A stretch of 63,383 nucleotides of DNA, counting the filler, from Pirum gemmata (lineage: Eukaryota): NCBI GenBank assembly GCA_002812295.1. It is 27 parts of 27 records of this genome, joined end to end, with 100 filler letters (N's around TTAATTAATTAA, not from the genome) between each part and the next. Parts side by side here need not be neighbours in the genome. Positions count along the whole stretch, not along the records: positions 1 to 3,937 come from PDIN01008910.1; positions 4,038 to 6,073 come from PDIN01008912.1; positions 6,174 to 8,203 come from PDIN01008913.1; positions 8,304 to 10,348 come from PDIN01008914.1; positions 10,449 to 12,467 come from PDIN01008915.1; 22 more parts are not named here. One strand, given 5' to 3'. Of this stretch, positions 1 to 11,876 are shown piece after piece. Made by a program: the position numbers and the translations under genes. Position 1 is the first letter of the stretch, and each line of letters begins with the position of its first letter. Under the pieces are notes generated by a model. It was not told the origin of the DNA and did not search any database. It saw only the letters and a list, made by a program, of their open reading frames with translations.

Positions 1-1470
1 GTTGTTGTTGTTGTTGTTGTTGTTGTTGTTATGTTTCATACCACTGTCTTGTTTATTATTATTGATCGTTTTACTATTATTATTACTATTATTATCATTA
101 TTAGCGCAATTATTATTACTATTACTATTACTATTACTACGTATACTTTTTGGACTCTTCAGGGATAAAACTGATAATGATCGAGTTAAAAATCCTTTCC
201 TTTTTTTACATTTTTTAGTGTTTAATTCCGGTGAAGTTCTAGCGGATTGACTTTTACTACAAGAATCCGGGGTTAAGAAACCTGATGAAGATGACCGAAT
301 CGTGGAGCAAGTGTATTGTTCTCTATAACCTGAACAATCACATTTTACTTTACTATTTATAGAATTATTTTCAGATGATGATGATGGTGATAATGATGAA
401 ATTACCTCTCTCGGAGAATTCGAAAAAGACACTGATCTACCACGACCAAATGTATTGGAAGTTTTACAACTTTCACATTTGCAATGGATTTCTGACTTGG
501 TTGAATTATTCCTTGAGGAACAACTACTGCTAGAACTCGACGAAGTGGACAAATCTAATACTTGGATATTAACCCCTCCACCATAAGAACTTTTATCACC
601 TTCATTACTATTACTCAGGCTTCCTTCTTCACTTCTACTCCCACTACTACTACTGGTACCTACTTCCTGCATAAACTGAATATCTCCAAATGAGAAACGA
701 CGCTGCGAATAACGTAGTGAATTACTACGATGCGAACGAGTTCTGCTTGAATTGCGAAGGCTTTGGGATACCATTTTTGATCCTTTTCTTTCAAGTTTGC
801 TACTATTAATTATATTGTTACTATTTTCGGTAATTTTATCTTTTGGTGGTTGCTGTTTTATATTATCATTGGAGACTTTTATTGGCTTGTTTTTATCCGA
901 TACAATAACCAAACTATTTTCACCCACCAAATACATACTATTTCGTTTTTTGGGTTTTGATTTATGGCTGTTCTCATTTTTATTATTAGCTATATAATCA
1001 CGACTGTGCTGCCTTATTAGATTATTACTACTAGATGGTTCTATTCTATGGCCCTTTATTGTTGATTCGGACTTTGATTTGAGTAAATCTTTGGCTTTTT
1101 TGTTATTTTTACTTTTACTTATATTTATACTATTATTATTATTATTATTATTATTATTCGAGTAAAGTTCACCAACACTTTTACTTTTATTCAGGTCGAT
1201 GAGATTATTATTACTAGATTGAAAGGATATTTTTTTCTGTTTTGTACTTTTGTTAAGTTTTTGCAGCTGTTTAAGTTGAAGTTGTTTTTCTATTTCGAGT
1301 TGTTGTTTATATTGTTCTTGCTTTTGTTGTTGCTGGATTTTGGTACTGAACCTTACTTCTTCCATACTACGAAAAAATAGAAAATCATCACGATTATGAT
1401 GTTCACTTTCCAGCCCTATCCCCATGGCGTTGCAACACTCAAGCTGGTCCAAGCATAATGCCGAACTCAT
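1..1470 (-). CDS. Unknown Ser/Asn/Lys-rich low-complexity protein (~490 aa, 3' end runs off the window)
   Basis: ATG at 1470 opens MSSALCLDQLECCNAMGIGLESEHHNRDDFLFFRSMEEVRF... with no stop seen before base 1, which is why it is absent from the ORF track. No domain recognised. Confidence 0.75.
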   Translation of the reverse strand, partial: MSSALCLDQLECCNAMGIGLESEHHNRDDFLFFRSMEEVRFSTKIQQQQKQEQYKQQLEIEKQLQLKQLQKLNKSTKQKKISFQSSNNNLIDLNKSKSVGELYSNNNNNNNNNSINISKSKNNKKAKDLLKSKSESTIKGHRIEPSSSNNLIRQHSRDYIANNKNENSHKSKPKKRNSMYLVGENSLVIVSDKNKPIKVSNDNIKQQPPKDKITENSNNIINSSKLERKGSKMVSQSLRNSSRTRSHRSNSLRYSQRRFSFGDIQFMQEVGTSSSSGSRSEEGSLSNSNEGDKSSYGGGVNIQVLDLSTSSSSSSSCSSRNNSTKSEIHCKCESCKTSNTFGRGRSVSFSNSPREVISSLSPSSSSENNSINSKVKCDCSGYREQYTCSTIRSSSSGFLTPDSCSKSQSARTSPELNTKKCKKRKGFLTRSLSVLSLKSPKSIRSNSNSNSNNNCANNDNNSNNNSKTINNNKQDSGMKHNNNNNNNNNN

Positions 1471-1679
1471 GGTTGATGTGTATTAAGAAATAAAAGGATA
1501 CCCTATAAATAAATTAAAAATTTAAAAAAATTAGTATCTCGCAAAAATATACATGACCTTAATGATAATAAAATTAAATAAATAACAATAAGCAAAAATA
1601 AAATGAAAATAAAAAAATTAAGAATACAAGTATATATATATATATATAAGTGATGTATCAAAAAACTTCACTTATTCGT

Positions 1680-1731
<52 letters not shown>

Positions 1732-2064
1732 TTCTATTGGCATAAATAATCAATGTTCTAGAATTTGACATTTTGAAATATCAAGTAAAAAATATTTTTT
1801 TTTAATAAGTTTCAAAAAATAAATAAATAAATTTAAGACAGAAACAACAACAATAGTCCTGGGAAATGTCAATAAATATTGCAATAATAATAGAAAAAGA
1901 ATTATGGTAATAATAATAAATAATATTGTTGATATTTACTGAAACAAAAACGATTTGATGTCAAAATATTATAAAATAATAATAAATAGTAATAGTTATA
2001 GTAGGGTTAGGGTTAGGGTTAGGGTNACTATTTATTATTATTATTATTATCATTATTATTATTA

Positions 2065-2101
<37 letters not shown>

Positions 2102-2639
2102 ACGGCAAAATACAAAGAGGAATGTTGAAATTTCTTTTTTATTAATAATATTACAATAAATGGAAGTAACAAGAGTGGTTGTGGCGTATCATAAAATTTC
2201 AAATAGAATAATATAATTTAAAAATATTTTTCAACCTTCCTCACGTTCTCTCTCTCATCGCTGAATATATATATATATTATATACTTTTTTAATAGTGTT
2301 GTCCAGTTTAAAAACTGAAATAAACGTGCCAAATATGGTTAAACTACCATTTGGTATTTTATACTTAATATTGTATTTAATAAACAAGTTCAATTATACA
2401 CGTAATAGTACCCGAACTGTAATGAAAAAGAAGATGTATTATATATATATATATATATACATATTATATTATTTTTTGACATTATTATATACATTATTAT
2501 ATATTATTATAATGACGTCATCCGCGTTTGGACTCATATATATATACATTTTAGACTTTTATGTATTATACTATTATTACTATTATACTATTAATTAACT
2601 ATTACACTATTACACTATTATACTATTAATTAACTATTA

Positions 2640-2687
<48 letters not shown>

Positions 2688-2694
2688 TATACTA

Positions 2695-3911
2695 TTATAC
2701 TTTCATTTTTTTTTTCTCTGTTGCTACTGCTTTGTTATTTTGACTGTATTTTTGTTGCATTTGTAATAACTCAATAAAATCAAGAGTAGATTGACGGGGG
2801 TAAAACCGTTCGTTGTTTGATAACGTGGATCCAATCGGTGACGTAATCGCCGACTCTCTATTTGCTGTACCAGCAGCATTAGAACTGGAACCTGATGATG
2901 TTGATGATGTTGATGATGTTGTTGCTGTTGTTGATGATGATGATGATGATAAGGAAAACATTTTTTGTTGTTGTTGTTGTTGTGATGGTGATGGTGATGG
3001 TGATGGTTGTCGTTGTTGTTCATATTGACTTAAACGACGATTTCTAATTTCAAGTTTGTTTTTAATTAAATGATCATAGATAATGGAATAAAAGACTTGT
3101 GTTCCCCTTTGGTTTCGGGCACTGGCTTCTAATGCTTCAAATCCCCACTCTCTCGACTTGTTCTCCACTTTATAACGATGTACTTGTCGCTCATCCTGTA
3201 AATCACTTTTGCAGCCAATTATATAAAGACTCTGACTACGAACTTGTATTTTTTCGGCAATGTGGGTGTTATATACCCTTTCAATATATTTGAACGAATC
3301 CTTGTTTGTAATGGAATAAACTAACAGAATGATATCGGCCTATTATTTATTAAAATTTAAAATTTAAATTATTATTTATTATTATTTATTTATTTATTTA
3401 TTATTTACTTATTATTATTTACTTATTATCATTTATTACCATTTATTATTATTATTTATTATTTATTGTTATTTGCTTCTATTATTTATTATTATTTATT
3501 ATTCAACAATAACAAATAACAAATAACTAGTAACAAATAACAACAACAATATGACAATATGACACAATACTGAAAACTACAACGGTAAGAACATTCATGA
3601 AAATAATGATAACAGTAACAAATAACAAATAACAAATAACAAATAACAAATAACAAATAACAACAATAACAGCAAAACAGCAGTGGCAACAATAACAACA
3701 ATAACAGCAATAAAATATAACAATAACAAATCATGAAAATAATAATAGACTACTTACATTATTTATATCAACTTGAAAATTATCTATTAAGTCACGTGAA
3801 GTGTCAAGAATTTCTAAATTGACATTGGGATGGCCTTCCACATCGATAGTTTTCTTATAATGGTCCTCGATAGTTGGTGTGTAGTCGGCCAAAAAAACAC
3901 GCTGGGTTAAC
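2695..3911 (-). CDS. Atypical Ras-family small GTPase, 5'-partial; exons 3911-3758 and 3339-2695
   Basis: Spliced (GTAAGT...TAG, phase 0) product: LTQRVFLADYTPTIEDHYKKTIDVEG..LEILDTSRD..ADIILLVYSITNKDSF..IIGCKSDL..EASAR. Ras switch I (YxPTIED), G4 and G5 motifs are present; the P-loop exon lies beyond the scaffold end. Confidence 0.88.
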
Positions 3912-3937
3912 CTATTCGTAGGATTAGGAATTAGAGG

Positions 3938-4037
3938 NNNNNNNNNNNNNNNNNNNNNNNNNNNNNNNNNNNNNNNNNNNNTTAATTAATTAANNNNNNN
4001 NNNNNNNNNNNNNNNNNNNNNNNNNNNNNNNNNNNNN
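3938..4037. other. Artificial scaffold spacer N-TTAATTAATTAA-N (first of 26)
   Basis: Same ~100-base cassette, with stops in all six frames, near 3982, 6118, 8248, 10393, 12512, 14677, 16842, 18938, 21103, 23237, 25402, 27536, 29700, 31865, 34656, 36820, 40071, 42206, 44370, 46497, 48661, 50824, 52950, 56446, 58612, 60775. Confidence 0.98.
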
Positions 4038-4445
4038 TATCAATAAATAGATAATAAAAAATACCAATTTAAATTAAATGGATTTATATTGTATTAATTT
4101 GGTATTATTTATTGTCTAATATGATTTTAAAAATTTAAAAATGGATTTATATTGTATTAATTTGGTATTATTTATTGTCTAATATGGTAATACTCATTAT
4201 TATTGGTGAAAAATGAAAAAAAAAAGGTGATCGCTTTTTTATTTTTCATTTTTATTATCGTGCTTTTCATTTATTTTGTCGCTCTGAATATTTATTTGGT
4301 GGGTTATAATATTTAAATTGATATTTTTATATCAATAAATAGATAATAAAAAATACCAATTTAAATTAAATGGATTTATATTGTATTAATTTGGCACTAT
4401 TTATTGTATTTTTTATGACGACAAAATAACTGAAAAGCATACGAT
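4038..4445. repeat. Dispersed AT-rich repeat family A (tandem copies here)
   Basis: AATAAATAGATAATAAAAAATACCAATTTAAATTAAATGGATTTATATTGTATTAATTTGG recurs near 4040 and 4335, with related copies near 11960-12080 (reverse), 21165-21265 and 46220-46350. Confidence 0.8.
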
Positions 4446-4472
4446 ATTTATTATTATTTCTAAGTGGTGACT

Positions 4473-6002
4473 TTAAGAGAGACCAGTATTAGTATAATCA
4501 TCATCATCATTACCATCACTATGGTAGCAAAAAAGCTCGCTGGCCATAAGTAACAATTCTAGACACATTTGTCTAAATAAATAATCTCCATCACTACAGC
4601 TAACCAAGTAATTGTAACTTTGACGACTAAGGTTACAAACTGAAATTGCCTGTTATAAATAATTAAATAAGTAAATTTTAAATAAGAGTACATTAGTGTT
4701 AGTATCAGTATCAGTATTAGTAATATTATTATTATTAGTATTTTAATATTAGTATTAGTATTGATATTATAATTAGTATTAGTAAATAACAAAACAACAA
4801 TATAAGATTATCATGTTCATGAATATCATACCAACCTAAACAAAATTCTTCAGTGATATAATTATATTGTTGATATAATATTAATATTACAAGTGATGAT
4901 TATTTGACATTAAATTTTTAGATTTTAAAAGTTTTGATTAAATTAATTAAAATTAAATTCAAAAATTTTTAATAGAAATATAATATTATTGTTACTTGTT
5001 CAGAAGTTTGAAGCACAATTTCTTCATGACCACCACCACTTTCTCCTATAACAGTATCGATATAATCTAAGCGTGATTTGTTCTTGATTCTGTTACAGGC
5101 ATAATTAGATGAATAATTAACCCGAATCTCACGCCCTTTTAAAATAACGCAAATGATAAGGGTATCTCTGCGTTTGAAATAGTTAGGATCCTCAGAGAAG
5201 TATAATCCAGGTCCAAATGTTCCTTTATTTTCGGAGATTAGAAGGCCTAAAAGTTGGTGCACGTGGGTTAGGGTTAGGGTTAGGGTTAGGGTTAGGGTTA
5301 GGGTTAGGGTTAGGGATTAACATTAGGATTCGGATTAGAGTTAGACTATGGTTACGGTCAGATTTAGGGCTAGGGTCATGATTAGGATCAGGGTTATAGT
5401 TAGGGTTAGGGTTAACTATGTAAACGGTTACTGTTTAAGTTAAGGGTTGATTGTTTGTTGTTGTATAATATATAATATTCAATAATGAGTTTATTGCTTC
5501 TGTAGTTGCTGCTTCTGCTGCTGTTGTTGTAGTAGTTATAGTTATTTCTTGTTTTTTGTTATAATATACCAACCAACCAATATCAATGCATATGGTTAAC
5601 GACAGGTTAGGGAAAAGTAATGATATGACAGTAGTACAATATTATAGCCAGTAATAATAATATAAACAAAACAAAACAAAAAACAATACGAAAACGCAAT
5701 AATAAAGCATTACAAAAATCAAAACCTGTCTTCTTTATATTACTAATATTTCCGTAGTCAGTCCAGTGATAGCCTATAGATAAATGGCAAGGTCTCCCAA
5801 GTTTTTTCCATTTATTAATTTTTTTAGTGAAATTGCCTAACTCGACTAAACCTAACATATGTTCAAAATTTAAAAAGCATGAATTCTCAAGTATAATAAA
5901 AGGATAACTTCTTGCATAAAATAAAGAAACGGCATTAGAAAAGGCATCAATTCTATAATTTACTTCATCTACTAGTACTGCGTTGTTGTTTTCGTCTGCT
6001 TT
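4473..6002 (-). CDS. PARP-like (H-Y-E type) ADP-ribosyltransferase domain protein, 5'-partial; exons 6002-5726, 5246-4996, 4649-4473
   Basis: Phase-compatible GT-AG splicing gives IGYHWTDYGNISNIKKTGLLISENKGTFGPGLYFSEDP..LIICVILKGR..GGGHEEIVLQTSEQAISVCNL, matching the YHGT / GxGxYF / E-V-Q pattern of PARP catalytic domains. Confidence 0.78.
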
Positions 6003-6224
6003 CTGGGTAAATTGGTTTGAATAATAATATATTATTAATAAATAATTATTTATTATTTATTATTTATTATTTANNNNNNNNNNNNNNNNNNNNNNNNNNN
6101 NNNNNNNNNNNNNNNNNTTAATTAATTAANNNNNNNNNNNNNNNNNNNNNNNNNNNNNNNNNNNNNNNNNNNNAACCCTAACCCTAACCCTAATCCTAAC
6201 CCTAACCCATCATCATTTTAATAG

Positions 6225-6388
6225 GTTCTATTGTCCGTTGTATTGTTCGACTCGATGAAGCTTGTAGGGATGTTCGAAATGCTGCTCGAGTTATTGGAGA
6301 CCCAGCTCTTTACGATAAACTCGAAGAAGCTTCAAATATGATCAAACGTGATATTGTTTTCGCTGCTAGTTTATATATTAATTCTTAG
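6225..6388 (+). CDS. SKI2: Ski2-family RNA helicase, last exon (DSHCT domain)
   Basis: After a TAG acceptor: GSIVRCIVRLDEACRDVRNAARVIGDPALYDKLEEASNMIKRDIVFAASLYINS*, the canonical Ski2/Mtr4 C-terminus. RLDExCRDVRNAAR favours Ski2. Confidence 0.9.
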
Positions 6389-6394
6389 TAAACC

Positions 6395-7285
6395 TCCCAT
6401 GTTCGAAAACCTGCAACTTTCGAGTTTCTTTGAACACAACTTGCTTTTCCATATATGATATCGAACATTTTTGAATCTTTTTGAACATTTTCGAACTTAT
6501 TTAGTATTATGATATAGAACAGTTTGGAATCTTTTTGAACATTTTCGAACTTATTTAGTACTTCGAGTTTTTTGAACAGCATTCATCGCGCATTTTCGAT
6601 ATTCGATCATTTTTTAACATTTTTAAATATTTTCGAACCTATTCGTTGATAGTTCCATGTTCAAAAACTTGCAACTTTTGAGTTTTTTTTTTTGAATTGC
6701 CTGTTTATAAACATTCTATTCATTATGATATCGAACAGTTTTGAATCTTTTTGAACATTTTCGAACTTATTTGAACCGCATTAATCGCGTATTTTCGATA
6801 TTCGATCATTTTTTAACATTTTTAAATATTTTCGAACTTATTTGCTGATAGTTTCATGTTCGAAAACCTGCAACTTTTGAGTTTTTTTGAACAGAACTTG
6901 CTGCCTATTTATATACTTTATGATATCGAACAGTTTTGAATCTTTTTGAACATTTTCGAACTTATTTAGTACTTCGAGTTTTTTTTAACAACATTTGTCG
7001 CGCGCACATTTGCGAACGATATTCGATCATTTTTTAACATTTTTAAATATTTTCGAACTTATTTGTTGATAGTTCCATGTTCGATAACCTGCAACTTTTG
7101 AGTTTTTTTTTTTAACCGAACTTGCTGTTCATTTATAAACATTCTATATATATTATGACATCGATAATTTCTGAACGTTTTCGAACATTTTCAAATTATT
7201 TATTTAGTACTTTCGAATTTTTTAAACAGAACTATAAATCGAACACATTTTTTAGCATTTTTGAATATTTTCGAACTTATCTAAT
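6395..7285. repeat. Tandem repeat, ~200-260 bp unit, ~4 copies, TTCGAA-rich
   Basis: CATGTTCGAAAACCTGCAACTTT variants near 6398, 6656, 6856 and 7076, with shared internal blocks. Confidence 0.85.
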
Positions 7286-7704
7286 AATGATGAGAATTTA
7301 AAAAATATAAATTTTCGAATCTTCAATTATTTTCTCGATTTTTACTATTAAAATATGAAATTATTTTTGATTTTATTATTCGGGACTAAGGTACAGAGCT
7401 AGCACGGATGATATCACACGATGGAGAAAGGGGTTAGGGTTAGGGTTAGGGTTAGGGTTAGCGCCCTCCCCCTCGCCCTTTACCCTTTACGAATCACCAG
7501 GCAAAAATAAAAATATTTTTTTATTATAATGACGCCATTGGCAAATTAGCCTCTTACTTTAGACCTTTTGATATAACATAATTTTTAATGTAATTTAATT
7601 TTTTATGTAATTTAATTTTTAATCTAATTTAATTTTTTATGTTTAATTTTTAATGTAATTTAATTAATGTTTTCTTTTAATATACCTAACAATCAAAGTC
7701 AAAA

Positions 7705-8203
7705 TTTACTCATTACACAAAAAATTATAAAGTAAAAAAATGGTTGGTGCTTTCCTCTCTTTAAAAAAAATATATGATACTAGTACTAATACTAATACAT
7801 ACAAAAATACATTTTTTTTTTTAACACACAAAAATTATGAAGTAAAAAATGATTGGTGCTTTCTCCTCTTTAATAAAAATATATAATACATGATACTAAT
7901 TAGCTAATACTAAAACTAATACATACAAAACACATTTTTCTTTTTTTTTAACTTTTTCTTTATCTAAACACACAAAAAAATATGAAGCAAAAAAATGATT
8001 GGTCAAAACTCATTACACAAAAATTATAAAGTAAAAAAATCATTGGTGCTTCCTTCTCTTTAATAAAAATATATAATACATAATACTAATACTAATACAA
8101 AAACACTTTTTTTTTAAAAAAAGTATCATAAAAAATAATTGGTGCTTTCTTCTCTTTAATAAAAATATACAATACATGATACTAATACTAATACTAATAC
8201 ATA
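7705..8203. repeat. Degenerate ~100-130 bp tandem repeat
   Basis: TTGGTGCTTTC(T)CTCTTTAATAAAAATATAT..ATACTAATAC near 7744, 7853, 8043 and 8139. Confidence 0.75.
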
Positions 8204-8399
8204 NNNNNNNNNNNNNNNNNNNNNNNNNNNNNNNNNNNNNNNNNNNNTTAATTAATTAANNNNNNNNNNNNNNNNNNNNNNNNNNNNNNNNNNNNNNNNN
8301 NNNTTAATAATAATAATAGTAATAATGATAATGATAATGATAATAATATTAATATATTAATAATAATAATATTAATGATAATAATAATAATAATAATGA

Positions 8400-9660
8400 C
8401 TTGTCTTTAACTTGCCGAAACGGTGCTTTTAGGAAGTTTACTCAGGAGGTATGGTCATGTGAAAGAACTTTATCTTTCCTTAGGGACAGGTGTGTCTTCT
8501 TGTGTGCCCTGATTCAAAGGAATACCAGAAAATGGTTATTATCACCTAATACCATTTTTTGTACTTATATTAATACTAACATCAAAAGAACGAAATTAAA
8601 AGGTGATGATTATCGTTCTTTTGATGTAAGTATAATGACTCTATACCTCCTGAGTAAACTTCCTCAAAGTATGAGAAATATTGCATCTCGTTGATCACTC
8701 TGATATTGCGAATTAAATATACTGAAGAAAACTGACCTGTGTTTCGCGTACAGCATAGGTATGTATTAAGGTAGAGTGGGTTTTAAAGGAAGTTACATCA
8801 GTGTTTCTTCCATTAATATTGTCGATTTAAGTTGAAATATTTTAGGCAAGTCTTTCATGAAAAGAATAAATAGAATTGGCTCTAACATCGATTCCTGGGA
8901 CCTGGCATTATATTACATAACATATTATATATATCTATAGATCGTGCGGGGTTTTTTTGTTCTGTGGGTTCTGTTTGTCAAATAGTATTAATTTCAATAC
9001 AATGACCTAAATAGTTTGGAAAGACTAGTTTACTTAGTTTATACAAGGGCAGCTACAAGAGCCCTTTGTGTCATAGTTTATCGACAGCCTTTTCTATGTC
9101 ATGATCAATTCGTAGCATTAATATTATTAAAAAGCTTTACGGTCTTTTAAATTTTGCCTGTACATGGGCAGCTACAAGGGTCATAGTTAAAAAGGATGAT
9201 AGTTTATCGAAAGCCTTTTCTATGTCATGATCAATTCGTAGCATTAATATTATTAAAAAACGTTATGGTCTTTTAAATTTTGTCTGTACATGTATGATTC
9301 AGCTAACAAACCTGATGTTAATTATAATATGTTTTTCTATATATATACATGTGTGTGTGTGTACATGTGTGTCGTAAACCTTTTCCTAATTATAATTAAT
9401 TTCTAAAACATTTGACATTAATTAATAATTGATATTGTTGATAAGAGACTGATGGGCTTATAGTTGTTGGGGTCTTGATGGGTTTTTTCTGGTTTGGGAA
9501 ATAATATTATAGTTGTATGCTTCCAGTTGCATGGTAGAGTGCCATTTCTTATGGAATAGCTATATATATTAGTTGGGTCTTCGATGACTGCTTGAGGGTA
9601 ATTTGCTAACGTCGTGTACATATGTAGTTAATTTCACTTTCTATAGAGTACTTTTCTTTT
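8400..9660 (-). mobile_element. Degraded non-LTR retrotransposon (LINE) reverse transcriptase region
   Basis: Ordered but broken RT motifs: WKHTTIILFPKPEK..NYKPISLLS (9430-9530), DIEKAFDK (~9205-9225, duplicated near 9080-9100), QESMLEPILFILFMKDLP (~8845-8898, PQGSxLxP equivalent). Confidence 0.88.
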
Positions 9661-10852
9661 TTTAGTTGCTTGTTGTTCGATTACATCCCTTTAATTAAAT
9701 TTAATTTGTTTTCCTTTTTTAGGGTATAGTTAGTAACACGTGGCGTCTTGTGGGGGGGGAAGTTGATTGTAATGGTGATTGAACTGAACACGATTAAACT
9801 CTTGGATGTCTTTGGTTATATTTATATTTATATTATAAATAATTTTCCTATAGATGTACATGTTTTTTGAAGAGCTTTCTTGTCGTCGAGTCCCTGCTTT
9901 CTTGACCTTATGATAGTTATCATCTAACTAGCTAGCTAGCTAGTTACTATCATAGTAGACTATCATATTAATAAGAGTTTTAATCATAACTTCATAAGGC
10001 AGTATTTAATTAATACTATTTATAAGACTCTAGCTAGTCTAGCTAGCTAGCTAGAGAGTCTAAGCAGGTAACTAAGCTAGGTATACTAAGCTCTATCTGA
10101 ATTATTAATTAAATTTTTCTAAATAAATAAATAATAAATAATAATAATTAATATTTACTATTAATAATAATTTTAATATTATTATATAAGTCAGAAGGTG
10201 GGTTATGAAGACGATATTTAATTATTAATTAAAATGAATACAACTCTAGCTACTACTAGAGTCTAGCTAGTCTGCACCTAGACTAATTATTTTTATTATT
10301 TTTATTATTTTTATTATTATTATTATTATTATTGTTTATTGTTTATTGNNNNNNNNNNNNNNNNNNNNNNNNNNNNNNNNNNNNNNNNNNNNTTAATTAA
10401 TTAANNNNNNNNNNNNNNNNNNNNNNNNNNNNNNNNNNNNNNNNNNNNGTTAGGGTTAGGGTTAGGGTTAGGGTTATATTAGGGTTAGAGTTAGGGTTAG
10501 GGTTAGGGTTAGGGTTAGGGTTAGGGTTAGGGTTAGGGTAAGATTAGGGTTAGGGTTTTCTTTTTGTAAACTAGTTGTAATAGTAACAATTTATTAATAC
10601 AAACTTCCCTGCTTCCAACCCCTCCCCCACCCCTCCCCCAAACAACTCAATCCAAATTAATAAAACACTTCCAAAACACTTCCCAAACCCTAACCCTAAC
10701 AGGAGGGGTTACACCTATAAATAAGAGTCCTATAAGTAAATGACCCCATTACGGTTTCCCAATTAAGTAAATTATAATCAGAAACATTCTTATTAGTATA
10801 GTACTAGTCTTATAATATAAGTTTACTTTAAATATTGTGTTTTTCAATAGTA

Positions 10853-11000
10853 CTGTTGTCCAGTTCAAAACCTGAAATAAACCCTACCAAATTGTAATTA
10901 TGGCTAAACCATCAGACATGTTTTAACTTATTTGGTATGTTATACTTAATGTTGTATTTTATAAATAAGCTCAATTATACACTTAAACAGTACAAATTAA
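10853..11000. repeat. Dispersed repeat family B
   Basis: TGTTGTCCAGTT(C/T)AAAA.CTGAAATAAAC..TTGGTAT.TTATACTTAAT.TTGTATTT.ATAAA.AAG.TCAATTATACAC also near 2297-2401, 24575-24708 (reverse), 31705-31750 (reverse), 41450-41530, 62130-62250 (reverse) and 63097-63170. Confidence 0.82.
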
Positions 11001-11140
11001 AGATTGAGAGGAAAATTATAATGAAATAGACGATACCTTATTTTTTACGTAGGAGGGTGTCACCCTTCCTCAGACCCCCCCTTCCCCCTCCCCGCGCCCC
11101 GGGTTCTACTAGCTAGACCTATCGATAACTAACCTTACCC

Positions 11141-11382
11141 AGTAGGGGTAAGATGACGTCATTTTATATTACCGAACAGCTGCTGGAACTTTTCCGATTT
11201 TTATGGTTTTATTACTATTAATGTTAATATTATTACTTTTATTGGTATCTACTTTAATTAGATTTACTATTTTAAGCTATTTAACTGCTATTATTAGTAA
11301 GGAACACGGAACTANACGGAACTAAGGTTGGCTCGATAAGCATCTGTTCGAAAAAAGTTCCAGTAGATATCTCACCCCTACT
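11141..11382. mobile_element. MITE-like element, 14-bp TIR AGTAGGGGT(G/A)AGAT
   Basis: Ends AGTAGGGGTAAGAT and ATCTCACCCCTACT; internal sequence shared with copies at 33514-33680 and 45708-45863; no ORF. Confidence 0.82.
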
Positions 11383-11415
11383 CCTTAGTCTACCCTAACC
11401 TAAACCCCTTAATTA

Positions 11416-11562
11416 AGGAGCTGTTCAAATAATACGTCGCGTCAAGGGGTAGGTAGGTAGATAGTATTTGACCAGAAATTAACCTCGAGGGGTAGGTAGG
11501 TTGGGGTATTTGAAGCTGTATTTGACCAGAAGTTGGCGTTACATAATATTTAAACACTCCCT
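11416..11562. mobile_element. MITE-like element with imperfect TIR (GGAGCGTTCAAATA.TACGTAACG)
   Basis: Left AGGAGCTGTTCAAATAATACGTCGCG, right CGTTACATAATATTTAAACACTCCCT. A second copy lies at ~12105-12240 and a terminal fragment at 14563-14632. Confidence 0.75.
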
Positions 11563-11707
11563 CTTTCTAACTAGCCAAATAATGATTAAAAACTGGCCAT
11601 TGGTTCATAATAGAGTTTTTAGTTATAGATAAGTTCTGAAATTTTGGTAGTACTTTTATTGAAATTGGAGCATTTTGATCTTATCATTTTTAATCTATAT
11701 TTTCTGA

Positions 11708-11876
11708 CTCCAGTTATCCTTTCTAACTCTCCAGATTTGATTTACATGCTCCAAGTTCAGTTTCTTTTTTAATATCATAATTTAATAGTTAAATATATCG
11801 ATATTAAATTATTAAAAAAAAAACTGAACTTGGAGCATGTAAATCAAATCTGGAGCGTTGAAAAGGATAACTGGAG
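11708..11876. repeat. Long inverted repeat, ~65-bp arms, ~40-nt spacer
   Basis: CTCCAGTTATCCTTTC..CTCCAGATTTGATTTACATGCTCCAAGTTCAGTTT versus AAACTGAACTTGGAGCATGTAAATCAAATCTGGAG..AAAGGATAACTGGAG. Confidence 0.9.

Noticed and set aside
6395..7285. Repeat array as CRISPR
   Set aside because: Long degenerate units without unique spacers, eukaryotic context, no cas genes.
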